A DNA stretch of 64,000 bases from an uncultured Eubacteriales bacterium (GTDB lineage: Bacteria > Acidobacteriota > Aminicenantia > Aminicenantales > Aminicenantaceae), in the NCBI GenBank assembly GCA_964435925.1, contig CAYTBG010000001.1, positions 2,331 to 66,330 of the forward strand, in the 5' to 3' direction. Below are positions 61,201 through 64,000 of the stretch, one piece after another. The translations under genes were made by a program, and so were the position numbers. How positions within the stretch are numbered: position 1 is the stretch's first letter; each line of letters starts with the position of its first letter. Under the pieces are notes generated by a model. It saw only the letters and a program-made list of their open reading frames with translations. It was not told the origin of the DNA and did not search any database.

Positions 61201-64000
61201 CGAATCAAATAGGCTATGTCACCGTGCGCGTATGGGATGATGATACGACTGATAGCATTGTTTTTAGCCCTAACAATGTCACAATCGATATGCCTGCGCA
61301 GGCGCCTGATACAGGAGAAACTGAACCAAAAATAGGATACCCCCCTGGACATGGACCTGGAGAATGGCCAGATCCTGCTCCTAAGATATGGCGTTCGCCT
61401 GAATCGATGTCATTTACAGCTCAAGAGGGAGGAGCGAATCCCGCTCCTCAGACCTTCCAAGTAATGAATATAGAAGAAGTAACAACCTTGGAGTATGCTG
61501 TAACAAAGGATGTTCCCTGGTTAACTGTTTCCCCCAGCGGTGGACCTTTATCTTATAACGAATCATATCCTCACACTGTCTCAGTCAATATCACTAGCCT
61601 TTCAGCCGGAACCTATACGGGTAATATCGCCATCTATAATCCGACTTACGAGGCATCCAACAATCCTCAGTTTGTGCGCGTGAAATTATATGTGATTTCA
61701 TCAACTACGACAGCATCTCAAGTCAAGTTGTCAGGACCGACCTGGGTACAGGCAGGGGAAATCTCTAAGGCCTATACTTTGGTCAGTTTGGATAGTGACG
61801 GAAATCCTGCCAAAGTCTCAGGAAGCATAGTATTTAACCTTAATTCTACTTCTTTAGAAGCTAAATTCTACTCTAATTCTGGAGAACCCAGCGAGACTAC
61901 TCACGTGGAAATCATCTCTGGTTCAAGCAGTCCGATGTTTTATTACAAAGATACGCAAGTAGGTGACCACGAAATCACAGCAGCCTATGCTTCAGGACCT
62001 GATGATTTAGATTCTGCCAGCCATCCGATTTCGGTCATTATAGGCGCTGCCGAGTATCTCAAGGTAACAGGAAACAGCACTGTGAATGCCGGTGAATCAA
62101 AAGAGTTAACCATAGCTGCCTATGACAAATACGACAATGTAGCTATTGGATACAGTGGGCCGAAATTTCTAACGTTCTCAGGACCAGGTGATGCCCCTGA
62201 TGGGACAGTGCCCACTGTAGAAGGCGCAGATATCGGCACAACCATTATAGTTAATTTTACAGAAGGTGTGAGTGATACTGGGGCCGCAACTTTAATCGCC
62301 TATAATGCAGAGACAGCCTTGATTAACGTATCTGATGGGCTGATCGACTCTCTTGCAGATCCGAGCTATGGCTTTGGTTTAACCGTAGATCCTGCTGGTT
62401 TCGATCCCAATGAGAGCTCAGTATCAAATGTATATCCATTTCCAGCAGTGGCAGGGGACACTGTTACCATAGAAATAACGAATTATGACGAATTCCAGAA
62501 TCTAAGGACAGTCGGAGGAGATTCAGTATCTATTTCTATTATTGCAGGAAGTGCTAATCCACAAGTTTTAAGCAATATCATTTTTGATAACGGTATTTAT
62601 TCAGCAACCTATATGCCGACCGTAAGCGGCATTGATGATATCGTTGGAGAAATAAATAGCTATCCCACAAAAAGGGATGCTGATGGTACGAGTGATGGGA
62701 CATATAATCTGACAATCAATCCAGGAGATGCCAACTACCTCACGGTAACTGGCAATAGTACAGTGACAGCCGGAGGCTCGAAAGAACTCACTATTACTGC
62801 CTTTGATCAGTATCACAATGTGGCCATCGGATATACAGGCACTAAAGGATTAATCTTCTCAGGTCCTCATGATGCACCTGATGGGACTCCTCCTACAGTG
62901 GCAGGAATAGAGATTGGAGATACCACGACAATCAACTTCAATGATGGTGTCAGTGTTACAGGAACTGCAACCTTAGTTGTCTACAGGGCTGAAACTATTT
63001 CTATTGAGGTGGATGATGGAACAATCAATTCTTTTGCAAATGAGGCATATGATTTTGATTTAACTGTTGAACCTGCTGCATTGCACCATTATAAAACGAC
63101 CCGTGAGGACGCAGGTCCGGATCTTGTGCCCGCAGACGGCACCACACCCATCAGTATTAAAATCTGGCCCCTTGATGAGTATGGAAACGACCGTGCGGGA
63201 AGTGCCAACGTCAGTCTTAGCTTTGTCAGCCTCTCAGGGCCGTCCACAAGCTCAACCCTTGGCGGCACGACCACGGGTATTGACACCTCAACAGGCCCCG
63301 CACAGGTTGACGACATCACCTACACTGTAGCGCAACAGATCCGCATCCACGCAGACGACAGCAGCATCTCAACGCCTGATCAAGAAGCTGTTGTGGTGCA
63401 GTATGTGGAGACCCTCGACACCATCGATCACTATGAAATCAGCCTGGGAACCACCAATCCTGCAGCTGGCCAGTCTTTTACGACAACTGTCACCGCCCAA
63501 GATGAAGCTAACAACGTAATAACTAGCATCGACGCTCTGCTTAATGGCTTAACCTATACTATAAGCGGCGCGGGGACTCCTCCGAGCGGGGATCATCCCG
63601 TATTCGCCAATTCAATCCCCTTCTCATCCGGCCAGGCAAGTTTTACAACTACCCTTTACAATGCCGAGATCCTCGCTACAGGTACTTTCATCGTGAGTGA
63701 CGATCAAGCTATTCCCAAGACAAACACCACCTCCCCTGAGTTAATTGTTAATCCTGCTCCTGCGAGTGGTGGAGAGAGCTCTATATCGTCAGTCTCACCT
63801 GATCCAGCAACGGCTGGAACCAGTGTCACAATAACAGTGACCGCATATGACCAGTACCAAAATGCTCTCATTTTAGGAGAGGATACGGTAGTCATAGAGG
63901 TCACAGAATCCAACCCGGCTACTCCAACAGTAAACTATATTGGTAATGGAACCTATACTGCAAGTTACACGCCTACAGTAAGCGGCCCCGACGAGATTAC
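58293..64000 (+). CDS. giant secreted surface protein (partial, more than 1900 codons): BNR/sialidase-like propeller, PRV(Q/W)G repeat region, BACON/Ig-like and Big-like modules
   Basis: ATG 58293 follows aaggggag. The frame stays open to the window end, so the gene is absent from the ORF track. Signal peptide MSIRRLSFFLLVAVSFLLATG. Asp-box-like motifs SFNGGESW, STDCGTTWS, STDRGRKF and SEDGLDWP. Later repeats have ...LTI(A/T)A(Y/F)D(K/Q)Y(D/H)NVAIGY... Ig-like modules. Confidence 0.85.
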   Translation, partial: MSIRRLSFFLLVAVSFLLATGMPTTSSSNGDPTQSYGLIVGRNVNMVSGTQAPHGDPYLQRQNEPSVAVSTRNPMHLLAGANDYRTIDVPYQDVLPGMEENLAQIRDAWVGVFKSFNGGESWISTLLPGYPQDTSPEGTSSPLYGYDFACDPTVRAGANGLFYYSGIAADRAERGAGVVFVARYIDNNNSEFLDTIEYVDTNIPDQGNSGQFIDMPYIAVDVPRDSGTVTIKGQEIPVSNVYIAYSLFPGHSKKNVRSKILFARSTDCGTTWSKPIKLSESQHILQRPTIAIDPSDPTGNTIYVAFRRFAKANKKGKINQPHAIIILKSTDRGRKFTKAIEVTSFYPFDQGSSNFSFRTNAYPSLTVDGNGIVYLAWAQRMNGPEGFARLVIAASEDGLDWPTGQMKYVELDHAEEEVKGHQFMPSLTYAGGKLMLAWYDQRHDIAQDYIGDQAFTPYIEDSLCRHTIDVRVAYGTLGLYPSFSPSRQVSRYLYTLYVDEYGNPIEDGEGNWIIDQAEFNPINFPLFQQGTTPFSGDWMDAAPSPWILPSSNGQWSFNTSPLQPTTSLMVWTDNRDVNPPGGFWWGNWQNYPEWPLYNAPNSDETPPREPCSNDLNTGMRNQNIYTANISDGLIVGSPQNTKQLGVPFIQRTFVVYANNTTAEERYFQFRINELGSATASFEQELYSNDHKLNVTIAPLSSASVTVFVDPYTGENSTAIRIDVVEMDVSGPSPVPVPGGLYGYVLLNPDPTNPGVIDYSDPNNPEYLGDEYHNPRVWGPRVWGYDLGNASELNPRVQGPRVQGFSPINTGFINPRVQGEDPLNPRVQGPRVWGPRVQGPRVQGINILNQGIINPRVQGPRVQGTALTDVTYPIVNDGNTTSAYSINVRSLFAKDFDEGKLIAQLLIYKVHTSPVSDGCELKQVHYDKLVANIYNPRVQGPRVQGSAPTSRATSQSVGDWQIPEPTIYLEPNQIGYVTVRVWDDDTTDSIVFSPNNVTIDMPAQAPDTGETEPKIGYPPGHGPGEWPDPAPKIWRSPESMSFTAQEGGANPAPQTFQVMNIEEVTTLEYAVTKDVPWLTVSPSGGPLSYNESYPHTVSVNITSLSAGTYTGNIAIYNPTYEASNNPQFVRVKLYVISSTTTASQVKLSGPTWVQAGEISKAYTLVSLDSDGNPAKVSGSIVFNLNSTSLEAKFYSNSGEPSETTHVEIISGSSSPMFYYKDTQVGDHEITAAYASGPDDLDSASHPISVIIGAAEYLKVTGNSTVNAGESKELTIAAYDKYDNVAIGYSGPKFLTFSGPGDAPDGTVPTVEGADIGTTIIVNFTEGVSDTGAATLIAYNAETALINVSDGLIDSLADPSYGFGLTVDPAGFDPNESSVSNVYPFPAVAGDTVTIEITNYDEFQNLRTVGGDSVSISIIAGSANPQVLSNIIFDNGIYSATYMPTVSGIDDIVGEINSYPTKRDADGTSDGTYNLTINPGDANYLTVTGNSTVTAGGSKELTITAFDQYHNVAIGYTGTKGLIFSGPHDAPDGTPPTVAGIEIGDTTTINFNDGVSVTGTATLVVYRAETISIEVDDGTINSFANEAYDFDLTVEPAALHHYKTTREDAGPDLVPADGTTPISIKIWPLDEYGNDRAGSANVSLSFVSLSGPSTSSTLGGTTTGIDTSTGPAQVDDITYTVAQQIRIHADDSSISTPDQEAVVVQYVETLDTIDHYEISLGTTNPAAGQSFTTTVTAQDEANNVITSIDALLNGLTYTISGAGTPPSGDHPVFANSIPFSSGQASFTTTLYNAEILATGTFIVSDDQAIPKTNTTSPELIVNPAPASGGESSISSVSPDPATAGTSVTITVTAYDQYQNALILGEDTVVIEVTESNPATPTVNYIGNGTYTASYTPTVSGPDEI
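60609..61124 (+). repeat. coding repeat region with 13 PRV(Q/W)G pentapeptide units (11 in 60609-60881, 2 in 61092-61124)
   Basis: The translation reads NPRVWGPRVWG..NPRVQGPRVQG..NPRVQG..NPRVQGPRVWGPRVQGPRVQG..NPRVQGPRVQG....NPRVQGPRVQG. The DNA unit is ccccgcgtccaaggc. Confidence 0.85.

Noticed and set aside
1-64000. tRNA, rRNA, tmRNA or RNase P genes.
   Set aside because: Scanning the intergenic regions by eye, I found no T-loop (GGTTCGAATCC-like) or acceptor-stem pattern. All gaps longer than 150 nt were inspected. A tRNAscan/Infernal run would be definitive.

Overview
This is a densely coding 64-kb window from a low-GC bacterium that looks anaerobic (Hdr/Flx, 2-oxoacid:ferredoxin oxidoreductase and radical-SAM genes). 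I saw no rRNA, tRNA, CRISPR array, transposase or integrase.

Layout:
- 0-12.3 kb: housekeeping genes. These are a SPOR protein, lnt, prfB (with its programmed +1 frameshift, which the ORF track misses), mazG, ribF, pyrR-pyrB-pyrC, rnc, lepB and an AI-2E permease.
- 12.5-17.8 kb: a secreted protein, then an overlapping operon of DUF362, a Tat-signal radical-SAM enzyme and a polytopic spermidine-synthase-like protein.
- 18.2-30.4 kb: 13 co-directional redox genes, hdrC-hdrB-korDABC-hdrA-mvhD-(two HydB-like Fe-S proteins)-(HydG/AsrB-like flavoprotein)-(anchor-less FrdB/FrdA-like pair).
- 30.6-32.4 kb: a pilin plus two tandem PilZ paralogs.
- 32.5-40.1 kb (minus strand): gcvT-[REP array]-gcvH-gcvPA-gcvPB-glyQ-glyS.
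- 40.1-51.0 kb: an accessory island of about 10.8 kb. It is bounded by an 88-nt direct repeat (87/88 identical) that duplicates the argS promoter and first 7 codons. It carries a GHKL/MORC-like ATPase, a six-gene operon (hsdM - NTase-fold gene - 348-aa wHTH gene - hsdS - hsdR - DUF45 metallopeptidase) and radC.
- 51-57.8 kb: argS and a GldA/F/G-like ABC system with a DUF4340 protein.
- 58.3 kb to the window end: an open-ended gene absent from the ORF track (more than 1900 codons). It encodes a secreted BNR/sialidase-like propeller, 13 copies of a PRV(Q/W)G pentapeptide, and Ig-like modules.

A REP-like hairpin family with a GTAG head (TGTAGGGGCTTGATTTATCAAGCCCACCTT) occurs at three loci.

Best candidates for something undescribed:
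1. The NTase + wHTH two-gene cassette embedded in the type I R-M operon, within the repeat-bounded island.
2. The hdr-kor-flx-frd supercluster, as a possible bifurcating soluble fumarate-reductase / ferredoxin system.
3. The PRVQG-repeat giant surface protein.

All functional calls rest on motifs read by eye. No database search was possible.
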